Positions 1-9,377 of a stretch of DNA of 64,000 nucleotides are shown in pieces. Made by a program: the position numbers and the translations under genes. The notes beneath the pieces are model-generated. The model had not been told where the DNA came from, did not search any database, and saw only the letters and a program-made list of their open reading frames with translations. The stretch comes from a virus (Duplodnaviria > Heunggongvirae > Uroviricota > Caudoviricetes): the IMG/VR virus record IMGVR_UViG_3300032046_000009; one strand, 5' to 3'. How positions within the stretch are numbered: position 1 is the first letter of the stretch; each line of letters starts with the position of its first letter.

Positions 1-26
1 TAGAACAGGAACTATGAAGTCAAATA

Positions 27-101
27 GGTAGTATATAAGGGTTTCGGTATAGGGTAGTATATAAACGTTTCGGTATGGCGACCTATATAAAGGTTGTGGT
101 C
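27..101 (-). repeat. three tandem ~25-bp units, each with a TATA-like box
   Basis: units at 27-50, 52-75, 77-101; third matches class I core tatataaaggttgtggt. Confidence 0.6.
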
Positions 102-351
102 AACCGAAAGTTGAACTTCTGGGGGTAACTGTCTGGGGTGTAACGCACATAGGTATATATTAAGTTAAAATTTGTTTTTCCGCTAAGTTTGCAAGTCAAA
201 AAAAGAGGGAGTTTTATCGGTTCTGTTCGAGCAGTTCAAAAAATCGCTTATTAAACAGTTTGCCGAGATTTCCTTTTAATTTCGGTTGTGTCCGAATTCG
301 TCTTTTTTGTTCCATGATTATCACCAAAAAAACAAAAAGGGGGTAGGGGGG

Positions 352-612
352 TTAATAGCCGTATTTGTTGTTTAATTCGGTTCTGAATTGCTCTTTTTCT
401 GTTTCGGTCAAAGCGTCCGTCTTTTCTAGCAGTTTATGTATGACGGTTTCGAAGTCAAATTTCTCCCATGTTCTGTTTACGTAGCATACTTTAGCCTTTT
501 CGTATTCATTGCCATTTTTGAACAGCCTTGCATCATGTCTAAAACCGCTTCTTGTGCTCACAAATTCACAGAGTATTTCTGTGGTTTCATTCACTTTAAA
601 GATTCTTGCCAT
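352..612 (-). CDS. hypothetical small protein
   Basis: track 352..618; ATG 5 nt after leader AAGGACGTG; promoter just upstream. Confidence 0.6.
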   Translation of the reverse strand: MARIFKVNETTEILCEFVSTRSGFRHDARLFKNGNEYEKAKVCYVNRTWEKFDFETVIHKLLEKTDALTETEKEQFRTELNNKYGY

Positions 613-660
613 TTTCACACGTCCTTAATACCTATATGTCAGCGTCCCTTATAAACCTTT
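613..660 (-). promoter_or_regulatory. class I promoter cassette (BRE/TATA + AAGGACGTG leader)
   Basis: minus strand aaaggtttataagggacgctgacatataggtattaaggacgtg; TATA 649-656. Confidence 0.6.
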
Positions 661-943
661 AGGTGTTCGTTAATCCATAGCGATATTTGGCGTTAATGGT
701 TTGAATCACCTTAATAGCTGAGGCTTCAGGTTGAATAACCTGAACTTTACGGTATGCTAAAGCTATAAAGGTCTGACATTCACAGCATAAAACTTCGCAT
801 ACTTCTAAGTTGCTGTCAGGAACCGCTTCCCATGTGGTTTTTAGTTGTGCCTTTTTGTGCTCGCATGGGTTCTTATCTATGTCACGGTATCCGTCCATAA
901 CTTTTAGATAAGCGAAATATTCTTGTTGTTCTAGTTCGTCCAC
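659..943 (-). CDS. hypothetical Cys-containing protein
   Basis: track 659..949; GTG 5 nt after leader; TATA 981-988. Confidence 0.55.
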   Translation of the reverse strand: MDELEQQEYFAYLKVMDGYRDIDKNPCEHKKAQLKTTWEAVPDSNLEVCEVLCCECQTFIALAYRKVQVIQPEASAIKVIQTINAKYRYGLTNT

Positions 944-1033
944 GTTCACACGTCCTTAACTATAGTAATAGCATCGCCTCTTATAAAGGTTTGCCTAAAA
1001 TCGGAAAGTTTATATACTAGAAAAAAGGGTTGT

Positions 1034-1264
1034 TTAGAGTTGCTGTTCTTCAATGGCTTTTTCTCTGAGTCTAGCGATGAGTCTAAGATGTAGCTGTTCG
1101 ATTTGTTCAGGGTAGAGGTAAACAAAAGACTCTTCAATATCGGATTCGCTGAAAGCTATTGCCCCGTTGTCGTATTCGATAAGTTCAACTATGCTTGTGT
1201 TTGCCCCACAGCATCGATGACGCTTATTTACTAACTTAGTTCGACATTTTACATTATCTTTCAC
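1034..1264 (-). CDS. hypothetical protein
   Basis: track 1034..1321 runs through its own TATA (1301-1310); trimmed to GTG after leader. Confidence 0.5.
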   Translation of the reverse strand: MKDNVKCRTKLVNKRHRCCGANTSIVELIEYDNGAIAFSESDIEESFVYLYPEQIEQLHLRLIARLREKAIEEQQL

Positions 1265-1317
1265 TTTTCCACGTCCTTGTAATATAGTATAGCACCGACC
1301 TATATAAACGTTGCTAC

Positions 1318-1497
1318 TCAAAATTGAGTTCTGATGTCGGCGAATCTCGGTTGTCTCAGCCTAAACGCTCTTGTGAATGTAAAACCCTGTCTCGTGAGTT
1401 CAGCCCTCATATTTTCAACATTATGACCGCACAGTAAAAGCGTAGCTGTCCCGTGTGCCTCTGTTCGTGTTCCCGTAACGTAAAATAGCTGTGCCAT
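1318..1497 (-). CDS. hypothetical 59-aa protein (not in track)
   Basis: ATG after GGTGA; TATA 1529-1536; stop TGA inside TTGAGTAGC promoter element. Confidence 0.45.
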   Translation of the reverse strand: MAQLFYVTGTRTEAHGTATLLLCGHNVENMRAELTRQGFTFTRAFRLRQPRFADIRTQF

Positions 1498-1557
1498 ATT
1501 TTCACCAATAGCATATAGGCATCGTAGCTTATAAACCTTTACCTAAAAACCGAAGGT

Positions 1558-1665
1558 TTATAAAGGACGACCACAACAAGCGCAAAACGGTTTTGTGTGA
1601 ATCAAAGTTTTACCGTAACCTATTGATTCTTCAACATATCGCCATATAACCTTATTTTTCTCCAT
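1558..1665 (-). CDS. hypothetical 35-aa protein (not in track)
   Basis: ATG 5 nt after AAGGACGGTG leader; hand translation. Confidence 0.3.
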   Translation of the reverse strand: MEKNKVIWRYVEESIGYGKTLIHTKPFCACCGRPL

Positions 1666-1892
1666 TTTGTCACCGTCCTTAATCAGTTGATTAATTGGTG
1701 AGGCTTACGGATTCGCACCGTCAAACCCGAACCTACGCGAAGTTTGCACCTTCGCACGATTTGAGGCTTCGGTTTATAAGTCCTCGCCTCGCCTCTTCGG
1801 TTGTGCACCGAGTTCGCTACCGAGTAGAGCAAGTCCTCAATAGTATAATAGTACCGTCCTTTATAAAGGTTTCTGTACTAAAGTGTACGCAA

Positions 1893-1945
1893 AGGTTTAT
1901 ATACCCGTGTGCTATAGTAGTATTAGGGACGGTGGCGACACGAAT
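1893..1945 (+). promoter_or_regulatory. plus-strand copy of the class I promoter cassette
   Basis: gcaaaggtttatatacccgtgtgctatagtagtattagggacggtgg read on plus strand. Confidence 0.5.
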
Positions 1946-2086
1946 CGGATATTACATGGACACGAATGCCATGAGTTCGGTTGCACCACGAGTTGAACTT
2001 TTGGTGTTCCGAAAAAATAATAGAAAAAAGGTGTCGGGAGTCCCGTTTAGTGTTTTGCACTTTTTTGGGTTATCCGTCTTTACGCT

Positions 2087-2164
2087 CTACCGTTCATCGA
2101 CTTACACTCCTATCGAACGTTTCGAACCGTTCTACCGTTCATCGGTAAGCACTCCTATCGAGCG
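2087..2164. repeat. 33-bp direct repeat, two copies 45 bp apart
   Basis: ctaccgttcatcgacttacactcctatcgaacg / ctaccgttcatcggtaagcactcctatcgagcg; ggctaattgtccct x2 follows. Confidence 0.7.
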
Positions 2165-2663
2165 TGTGTCAGAAGGCTAATTGTCCCTTTGTTAAGGGCT
2201 AATTGTCCCTCGTCCTTGTGAGGCTTCACGAGTTCGCCGTCTTGGGTCGCCCGCGCCTCAATAATATACTATGTCAGCGTGGTATATAAACCTTTCTCAA
2301 TTTGTGATTATAGAAAGTTGAACTATTGTCCCTTGCTTATAAAGGTTTCGACTTAATCAGTTGATTAAAAAATGCCAAATTCGCCGTTCCGCTTCGCCGT
2401 ACCGTTCCATCAATACCTACGATGTTTCCGAATTTCGTGATGAAAAGTGGGCAACTGTGATTGAAAAGCATGGGAAAAGACCATACCTACACGTCTGTTC
2501 ACGATTCATCACAATGGGAGCTATGGGAAAAAAGCATGGTATTGTGGTGAATAGTGAGCAACTGTGTATTGTGTGGCTAAACGAAAAATTCTCTAAGTTT
2601 TCAGTTAATAGAAAGTTGTACTAAAAAAAGAAGGGAAAGTTGCACCGTCTATATCACGGTGGT

Positions 2664-2897
2664 TTAACTCCACAGGCGCACCACAAGTCTGTTTACCGTT
2701 GCAAACTCTGGGTTGACCACGTTAGTTATCCCTGCAAGTTTAACTATTTCGCCGATTATGGTTATTCTTGCAGTTGTTCCGCAGTTGATACATTCGCTTG
2801 TACGCTGTGGTAGTCTCGCAGTTGCACTTTTTATAGCCTTCACGGATTTAACTATCGTGTGGTGTCTGCATTTGGGACAATTTCCGAAATATTCCAT
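2664..2897 (-). CDS. small Zn-ribbon protein
   Basis: CPKC...CINC; TAATG overlap with upstream gene. Confidence 0.6.
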   Translation of the reverse strand: MEYFGNCPKCRHHTIVKSVKAIKSATARLPQRTSECINCGTTARITIIGEIVKLAGITNVVNPEFATVNRLVVRLWS

Positions 2898-3490
2898 TAT
2901 TCATTCACCTCTTTATTAGTTGTATAGTAGTCTAGTGAGTTAGGGCTGACGGTTGCACTTTTGATTATCTTTATTATTCGTTTCGCTCTTATATAATCTA
3001 TGTGTCCGTGTTTGCCCTTATATACTACAGGAACCGTTAGACTTCGAATCCCGACCCGTTTTAAGAGCCTTCTACGCAATGCGTCACGTCTTACGACTAA
3101 AAGGTAATTCTTGTGCCAATTTGGGCTTATTTCTATGTCAATTTGGGTCTTAGGGTCAAAGAAGTCTAATTTGAAAATGTGCCAGCGGTTGCACCTATCC
3201 TTAACTTTTATGCGTACCTCATGGTTCAACTCTAGGTTAAAGTCGTCCACTAATCTCTTGAATTGTGCCTCTAAATGGGTAAATACGTTAGGATTACGCT
3301 TAGAATTCAATTTCCAGCAATTTCCAAAGCCCTTTCCTTTAGCCTTGCCTTTTTCACAGTCCTTATAGTGTTTAAAGAATTCTAAGAACTGCACTTGTGA
3401 TTCTAGGCTTAAATCGAAGAGTCCGATAACGTCCGTGTCCTCTAGTTGTGTTAAGTGTTCGCATATTACGCTAAGTTGTAAGTGTTCCAC
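2897..3490 (-). CDS. hypothetical protein, weak PD-(D/E)xK / DUF559-like C-terminus
   Basis: 197 aa; GTG 5 nt after leader; D..IEI..H..R..L..G pattern only suggestive. Confidence 0.6.
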   Translation of the reverse strand: MEHLQLSVICEHLTQLEDTDVIGLFDLSLESQVQFLEFFKHYKDCEKGKAKGKGFGNCWKLNSKRNPNVFTHLEAQFKRLVDDFNLELNHEVRIKVKDRCNRWHIFKLDFFDPKTQIDIEISPNWHKNYLLVVRRDALRRRLLKRVGIRSLTVPVVYKGKHGHIDYIRAKRIIKIIKSATVSPNSLDYYTTNKEVNE

Positions 3491-3564
3491 GTTCGCACGT
3501 CCTTCAATACTATAATGTCAGCGTCCTATATAAACCTTCGCATTAAAAAAAGAAGGGAATTGTT

Positions 3565-3858
3565 TCAAACGAAATACGGATGTCCGTTTATGCTTATCAG
3601 TTGACTCTTCTGTGAGCATATCCGCTTTAAATCTTCGCCGTATTTAAGTATTTGTTCAGGAGAAACCACGGTTGAACTTTCGATTATCCAAATTTGCACG
3701 TTGTCCAGATACAATTTTCCGTTGTCCAGCCATAGACCCTCACAGTTGTTAATGATAGTTAAACCGCCGAATGCACCGCACAGTTGAACTTTCACAGCAT
3801 CCAATTTCGTTTTATCTGGGTTCTCAGTTGTGACCACGTAGATTTTTATTTCTACCAT
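3565..3858 (-). CDS. hypothetical protein
   Basis: 97 aa; ATG 5 nt after AAGGACGTG; TATA 3895-3902. Confidence 0.6.
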   Translation of the reverse strand: MVEIKIYVVTTENPDKTKLDAVKVQLCGAFGGLTIINNCEGLWLDNGKLYLDNVQIWIIESSTVVSPEQILKYGEDLKRICSQKSQLISINGHPYFV

Positions 3859-3894
3859 CTTTCCACGTCCTTAATAGTGTAATAGCACCGTGAC

Positions 3895-4416
3895 TTATAA
3901 ACCTTCGCTTTTTTTGGTAAACTTAGCGAATTTTGAGATAACGCTCTGCTGTAGCTCTAGCTGTGCATCTATTGTACATGTCCCGATAAACTCACAATAG
4001 ACCCACTCGTTTATCGTTTCTTGTATCAATTCCAACACTAGAGGGTCTGGATTATTATCAAGCAATTCATTTATTGCTGTTTTCCAAGCATAAACCTCTT
4101 GTTTCAGCAAAAATTCTCTATCGTATGACAGGCAAAATTCGGCAATATCCATATTAGGGTAAAGCGTTTGATATACGATAATATGTCCTATTTCGTGATT
4201 CAGAATTAACGCTTTTACCTTATCAGGTATTGAACCATAACCATTAATATAATTAGTTGAATAGTTCTTAGTTCCAATAATGATTTTTCGCTCAGGGTAA
4301 AATGAAGCCTTCGAATGATTCCAGCTTAGGATATAACTGTACTCGATACGGAAACCTAGTTTTTGCGCTAAGTTTTCAAGTCGTGTCAATTCATCCTTAT
4401 CGTTCAAATGTTCCAC
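3895..4416 (-). CDS. HExxH metallopeptidase-like protein
   Basis: LNHEIGH motif; tandem TATA boxes 4441-4453 and 4479-4486. Confidence 0.6.
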   Translation of the reverse strand: MEHLNDKDELTRLENLAQKLGFRIEYSYILSWNHSKASFYPERKIIIGTKNYSTNYINGYGSIPDKVKALILNHEIGHIIVYQTLYPNMDIAEFCLSYDREFLLKQEVYAWKTAINELLDNNPDPLVLELIQETINEWVYCEFIGTCTIDAQLELQQSVISKFAKFTKKSEGL

Positions 4417-4504
4417 GTCCTTAAAGATGATATAACACCGTCCTTAATAAAGAGTTCTATGGTTTTTCTTGTAATAGGTATATAAACCTTTCGCTCTGTT
4501 CGAA

Positions 4505-4800
4505 CCTGTCCGTGCCAGCGATACCCAAAAGGACTGTATATCAAACCCGTTTGTCAAAAACAAGCCCTGAGCATGTCGTTCGGACGAATACGCTCAATTC
4601 CCTTTATATTTGCTCAACGATATTGAGCGAGCAAGCCCCGTTTAGTCGAATAAGGCTAAATCGTGGAGTTCGGGTCTATGTTAGGCATGGTCAATTCAAC
4701 ATCAGTCCTATGGTAACTATGGTTCGATGACGTTCGTTTAGCTAAATCAGCCTTAGAGCTAGTCATCGCGGCGAGTTCGAATCTATAAGATGCCTCTATT
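4505..4800. ncRNA. candidate noncoding RNA locus, paralog of 19105-19400
   Basis: ORF-poor; shared blocks cccaaaggactgt, cctgagc, aacgatattga, catcagtcctatgg. Confidence 0.4.
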
Positions 4801-5871
4801 AACTGATTCCGCCTCAAATCGGGGTCCGATGATGTGTAGCTAAAGTGTATCTGTGTTCTACAACTAAAAGCAAACGTTTATATAGGACGCTGAGAACGTA
4901 GTATTTGGCGGCGGCGGTTCGCGTTAAGCGTATATTACATAGTTACGCATCTTATGAATTCAGTTGCACTAAAAGTTCAACTTTGGGTTGCCTCTCTCCC
5001 GTGTCTTGCGTCAAGCTACTAGCAGATACGCACAGCCCTATATAAACCTTCCTATTAAAGTGTAGAACAGAGATACAATAGGAACCTTTATATACCTCGC
5101 TATCCTCTTCTCAGCGCGCCTCAAATCGTGCTTCGTTTGGCTAATCCGCCTCGATTCAGCCCTAATTGAACATGGTTGTTCTAGGCAAACATTTATAAGC
5201 AACCATGCCTTTTATATGGTATGTATCGAAAGACGTGATTAAACCCAGAGTTGTACTTTATGGTTCGAATTTTGCTAAGTTTGCACATATATAAGCAACC
5301 GATAGGTTTAAATAGCTACTATATAAGGCTATCGGCGATACGCTTAAATAGGGGGTATATAAACGTTTTGGTCTAGCACAACTTCTAGTGTAACAAAAAG
5401 TGCAACTTTTGGGGTAACGCCTCGGCTAACAGGAAATTGTCCGTAGAATGCAACTGAGAATGTCACATAAGCGCACATAGGCGTTTTTTTGATTCCAATT
5501 ATTTTCTGGTCAGAGCTTCCACGCCGTCCGTTTTACCTGTCGGTTTGCCCTGCTTAATCACCTGATTAAAAGTTCTCCACAGTTCCGCGAGCCTTTCGGA
5601 TAATAAAGTCACCGTTTGCCAAAACGTCTTTTTTTCAGGGCTATTTTGGCATTCAGGGGAGCTAGAGGGGGGGGACTTGTTTATAATGGGGTATTAATCA
5701 GTTGTTTAAAATAGAGCTATAGCACTATGTCAGTCAGCACGTTGTCGTATGCCAACTATTCACTCCATAGACCCTTTACGTATGACAACCCTTTTCTTTA
5801 CGTATGTAAAGGTCATCAGTATCTTTTATCGAGCATTTCTTTTATCCATGTACTCCACTTTTTAGCTATTC

Positions 5872-6040
5872 TGGGGGTCTAGTACCACTTTTAGGGGTCT
5901 TTTGAGGGGTATAGGGAGTCATCTAGGGGGTTAGTGATTAGAGGTCGTTAGGGGTTCGTGGTTAAGGGGGTCGGACGGGGGTTCTCTGGGGTTCGGGAAT
6001 TTACTTAACAATTTCTGTTAATGGTTAGGGGGGTCGGGGT
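5872..6040 (+). repeat. G-tract iteron array (about 10 runs of G4-G6)
   Basis: taggggtc, gaggggta, tagggggtt, ttaggggttc, taagggggtcgg, acgggggttc, ctggggttcgg, ttaggggggtcgggg. Confidence 0.75.
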
Positions 6041-6389
6041 AAAGGGTGCATGTGGCATGAGAGAGCCTGTTACGAGCTACGATTCGTTAATCAGTTGATT
6101 AAAAGTTCGGGTTTGCCTGTGTCGCCTTGCTACGGGCTTGGCAGAACTTGGGTCAGTCTGGGTTGACTAGGTGAAATCAAAAAGTGTTAAGGATTCTTAA
6201 CAAAAATTGTCTAAGTTTGCAGAGGGTAAAAGAGGGGGTTTCGAGAGAGGTTAGAAGGAATGAGTAGAACGGGCGAAGGGAAAGCGCGAGAAAGGACGGT
6301 GAAAAAATGGAACAATATCCCTTCGCCCTTGATAGAGTAGTATGTCAAACGGGTATATAAAGGTTGTGGTAGAAAGACCATGCTCGAAT

Positions 6390-6608
6390 CTAGTGTTCGA
6401 CTTTATAGATTCCATAGAGCAGTACCAATATTCCAACAGGGACACCCAAAAATAGAAGCGGTGAAAATAGCGCACCAAAAGTAGCAGAAAAAGCGAAAAT
6501 GAAAATTCCACCCAGAATTGCCCCTATACTTTGGGTTAGAGGGTCACGTATGACTTCGATGGTTCTTGTGTAGAGCCACTTAAAGAATCCTATTTTTTGC
6601 TTGACCAT
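6390..6608 (-). CDS. small membrane protein
   Basis: track 6390..6617; hydrophobic stretches; ATG 5 nt after AAGTGA; TATA 6643-6650. Confidence 0.55.
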   Translation of the reverse strand: MVKQKIGFFKWLYTRTIEVIRDPLTQSIGAILGGIFIFAFSATFGALFSPLLFLGVPVGILVLLYGIYKVEH

Positions 6609-6671
6609 CTTGTTCACTTGATAATAACAACAACACCGAGCTATATAAAGGTTTCCTAAGAACGTCCATGC

Positions 6672-6809
6672 TCAAAATTCAATGTGAACTTTGAGTATTC
6701 CAGAAAGTATTAGAGCTATTACAACTACGAAAAAGGCTATCGGGGCAAATGCCATGATTATGCCAGCGTTCTCTTTTACTTTCTTAATCACGGTTTTTAG
6801 TGTTATCAT
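6672..6809 (-). CDS. 45-aa membrane protein (not in track)
   Basis: hand translation; one TM; stop TGA in TTTTGAGCATGG element. Confidence 0.4.
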   Translation of the reverse strand: MITLKTVIKKVKENAGIIMAFAPIAFFVVVIALILSGILKVHIEF

Positions 6810-6982
6810 TTTAGACCACTTAGATTAGCGCGGAACACGGACGATTCTCCAATAAGCGTCCATCACTCGTCAGCTAAGGACGTAGTTTGGAAACCTTGTT
6901 TCCGTGCTCATACGAGTAATACAATAATCAAACAACTATATAAAGATTGTGGTAGAAACATCATACTCAAAAAAAGAGAGTT

Positions 6983-7162
6983 TTAGAGAAATTGTTTATT
7001 CTCTGTCCGTATCTGAATGTCAATGTCCGTAACGAGTATTTCAATGCTGTCTATGTTTTGTTGTTTCTTGCGTCTTTTAGTCTTTACGGCATCTTTTAAG
7101 AGCTTTATGACGTATCGAGCTTGTTTCGGGGTTATTTTGACCTTAAACTCTTTGTCTATCAT
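6983..7162 (-). CDS. 59-aa basic protein (not in track)
   Basis: ATG 3 nt after stop of 7166..7513; hand translation. Confidence 0.45.
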   Translation of the reverse strand: MIDKEFKVKITPKQARYVIKLLKDAVKTKRRKKQQNIDSIEILVTDIDIQIRTENKQFL

Positions 7163-7165
7163 GGC

Positions 7166-7513
7166 TTAAGCGTCCTTCAAGTAAAGCGTATATCCGACTG
7201 AGAACCATCCCGTTTGGCAGAAGCCAATAATAACGGTTTCTCCGCGCGTTTCGCACTCTTTTATCTTGTCTTTCAGCAATTCGGTCATTGCTTTCGGGTC
7301 TGTTCCAGATTCACCCATAGTTGCTATCCATCCAGAATGAAGGTGTTCATTTTGAAGCCCTGTGCCTGAACGGGTCGTAATTTTGTCGTCATTTCCTAGT
7401 TCAATAGCGTGGTAGCCCCGTTTCTTTGCCAGCGCGTCTAATCTGTCATAGTCTTGGAAAACATTGCAATGGACGGGTGGGAATTTGTCTTTTGATGTTA
7501 GGAAGTTCTTCAT
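7166..7513 (-). CDS. hypothetical protein
   Basis: 115 aa ORF, co-oriented, 11-nt gap to upstream gene. Confidence 0.65.
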   Translation of the reverse strand: MKNFLTSKDKFPPVHCNVFQDYDRLDALAKKRGYHAIELGNDDKITTRSGTGLQNEHLHSGWIATMGESGTDPKAMTELLKDKIKECETRGETVIIGFCQTGWFSVGYTLYLKDA

Positions 7514-7524
7514 TGCTCAGTCAC

Positions 7525-7914
7525 CTATTGATGTCCGTCTTGAATATTCTGGAAAACTTCAATGAATCCGTGCATGTGAACGGCACACGCGAATAACTCA
7601 TAGATTCCATAGTATGACGCAAAGTTGTCATAACCAACACCCGAATCTACGAAGATTCTGGGTCGCTTTTGGACATTGCCCTTCTCTGTGAGTCCCGCTA
7701 GAACAACGACACGTTTTTCTGGGTTCTTTAGAAGATATTTTTCTAATTGTTCTCTTGCCTCTTTGCCGAAGTTGTCCTCAATGTTCGCTAGGTTCAAGTA
7801 TGTCAGCTTAGAGTATCGTTCAGATGGTTGTGCTGGATATTGGTTTTCGAGCCATGACTCTGAGGGTTTAACGTTCTTCGATGTCAGCTTTTCCTTTAAC
7901 TCTTGTAACTTCAT
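7525..7914 (-). CDS. hypothetical protein
   Basis: 129 aa; AAGGTTGAAACT-ATG leader; TATA 7949-7956. Confidence 0.65.
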   Translation of the reverse strand: MKLQELKEKLTSKNVKPSESWLENQYPAQPSERYSKLTYLNLANIEDNFGKEAREQLEKYLLKNPEKRVVVLAGLTEKGNVQKRPRIFVDSGVGYDNFASYYGIYELFACAVHMHGFIEVFQNIQDGHQ

Positions 7915-7985
7915 AGTTTCAACCTTTGAAGAGTAGTGTTCGCCGTCCTATATAAAGGTTCGCTAAGAACGAACGTGCTCAAAAT
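7915..7985 (-). promoter_or_regulatory. class I promoter cassette with distal TTGAGCACG..TTCTTAGCG element
   Basis: plus strand cgccgtcctatataaaggttcgctaagaacgaacgtgctcaaaa. Confidence 0.6.
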
Positions 7986-8149
7986 TTTAGGGGGGTCTTG
8001 GCTAGTGCGTTTCGCCGTGACCCTAGTTTTATTTAATGTAGAGGTTGAAATTTGCCCTATGTCGTATCGCACCGCATAAGGATTTTTCAACGTGCGGAAT
8101 AGACATATACACACCGAAGTATATAAACTTTCGCTAAGAACAACCATAC

Positions 8150-8533
8150 TCAGAGAGGAATAACACCTAGCCATTTATAAACTTCGGTGTTAATTTCAGC
8201 CATACCCGAACCCGTCCATACGTTGTGAGGAATAGAAGTATGAAGAGACTCTGGAATGAAAATAACGTGTGATTTATCGATGTGGTGTCCTTCTGAACCG
8301 TTAAAAGGTGCGTTTAGAATAATAGAGCCTAATTCTCGGCGTTTAGCTTGAATCCTAGCTTGCGTTTTCTTGTGATAAATTCGATGTTCTCTCTCATATT
8401 TTCTCTCATAGTTTGGGTTTTCTAATCTCCATTTCCTCTTATATAACTTTACCTCTTTCTTATGTTTCAAACGCCAATTCTTGTAATATGTAATACGTTT
8501 TTCTCTTGAATCTGTGAGCGTCATTTGATTCAC
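8150..8533 (-). CDS. His-rich nuclease-like protein, paralog of 9378..9704
   Basis: shared KRRELG and GHHID..VIxIPxxLHxSIxHxVWTGxGMAEIN. Confidence 0.65.
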   Translation of the reverse strand: MNQMTLTDSREKRITYYKNWRLKHKKEVKLYKRKWRLENPNYERKYEREHRIYHKKTQARIQAKRRELGSIILNAPFNGSEGHHIDKSHVIFIPESLHTSIPHNVWTGSGMAEINTEVYKWLGVIPL

Positions 8534-8579
8534 ATTAAACTAAATGTTAAACGTGCTTATAAAGGTTTCGGTAAAAGTT

Positions 8580-8830
8580 AGTTGGAACACGGGGGAGAGT
8601 GTGCCCCCGTGTTCTCGGACGTGGTTTGTGGTTTTTTGTCAGTTGAAGCACAAGTTGGTGGAATGCCCCGTGTACGGGACAAACCTTCGGTCTTGTGCGG
8701 TTCCGTTCTTTGTCGCTTATTTCGAACGTAACCCTAGCGACTATGAAGGGTCGGCAAGTTTGTGAGCGTATAGCTCTTTGGTCTTGCGCGCCCTTTGTTT
8801 AGACGCAAGCGCGTCATGTATTATTGAGAT
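8580..8830 (-). ncRNA. candidate GC-rich structured RNA
   Basis: TATA 8841-8848 fires leftward; no minus ORF; perfect 11-bp hairpin gaacacggggg/cccccgtgttc 8585-8614. Confidence 0.45.
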
Positions 8831-8870
8831 GTCAAACGACTATATAAACTTTTCGGGAGAAAGACCATGT

Positions 8871-9254
8871 TTATTGTCTGGGTTTGTTTGCCCTTTCTCT
8901 AAAATCGTCTGTTTCTTGTTGTGTGAAAACTTTATCAATAGCTGGAAGTCTATCGCTCTTTACATAACCATGTAAAAGGTTTCTCTCTTCTACATATTCA
9001 TTATCGCTTTCAGCGTTCAAGTTGTGAGAAATAGCTGATAAACTTTCGTATGGAAGAATTCGGTTTAATACTTCATAAATTGCAACTTCATTGAATTCGT
9101 GAACGAACAACTCAGCACCAATATCATCAGCGATTATACTGTCAATGGAATAGATAACTTTGGTAATTTTAGTATCATATCTTGAAATAGTCCCAGAAGC
9201 CAAAGCTGTTCCATCGAGTTCAGCGTTATCGAAGTAAATTTTCTCCGTGTTCAT
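8871..9254 (-). CDS. hypothetical protein
   Basis: track 8871..9266; ATG 6 nt after GGTGA beside palindrome 9267-9282. Confidence 0.6.
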   Translation of the reverse strand: MNTEKIYFDNAELDGTALASGTISRYDTKITKVIYSIDSIIADDIGAELFVHEFNEVAIYEVLNRILPYESLSAISHNLNAESDNEYVEERNLLHGYVKSDRLPAIDKVFTQQETDDFRERANKPRQ

Positions 9255-9266
9255 CGCGTTCACCAA

Positions 9267-9282
9267 TTAATCAACTGATTAA
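9267..9282. promoter_or_regulatory. 16-bp palindrome TTAATCAACTGATTAA (between TATA and start)
   Basis: read directly; second copy at 9332-9347 flanks the same promoter. Confidence 0.7.
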
Positions 9283-9331
9283 TCAGTACAGCGCGCTATA
9301 TAAAGTTTCGCCTAGAACGTCCATGTTCGAG

Positions 9332-9347
9332 TTAATCAACTGATTAA
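9332..9347. promoter_or_regulatory. 16-bp palindrome TTAATCAACTGATTAA (promoter-distal copy)
   Basis: read directly. Confidence 0.7.
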
Positions 9348-9377
9348 AAATTCGCTAAAAACCACTTGTCGCCACGT

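Noticed and set aside
1695-2180. 161-aa plus-strand ORF
   Set aside because: It spans a palindrome, a minus-type TATA and a plus-strand promoter cassette. At most its last 74 codons (1956..2180) could be real, as covered in a finding.
2361-2624. 87-aa plus-strand ORF starting with TTG inside palindrome 2353-2368
   Set aside because: I found no plus-strand TATA. Its first 50 nt are the conserved palindrome flank (aaattcgccgttccgc), which is also seen non-coding at 28275. It is left unannotated; an RNA or regulatory role is more likely.
4721-5275. tRNA-like strings GGTTCGA / GAGTTCGAATC (4721, 4773, 5263; also 40512, 40598)
   Set aside because: The flanking bases do not form a T-stem, and no acceptor or D-arm pairing could be built by eye. 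tRNAscan-SE should confirm this.
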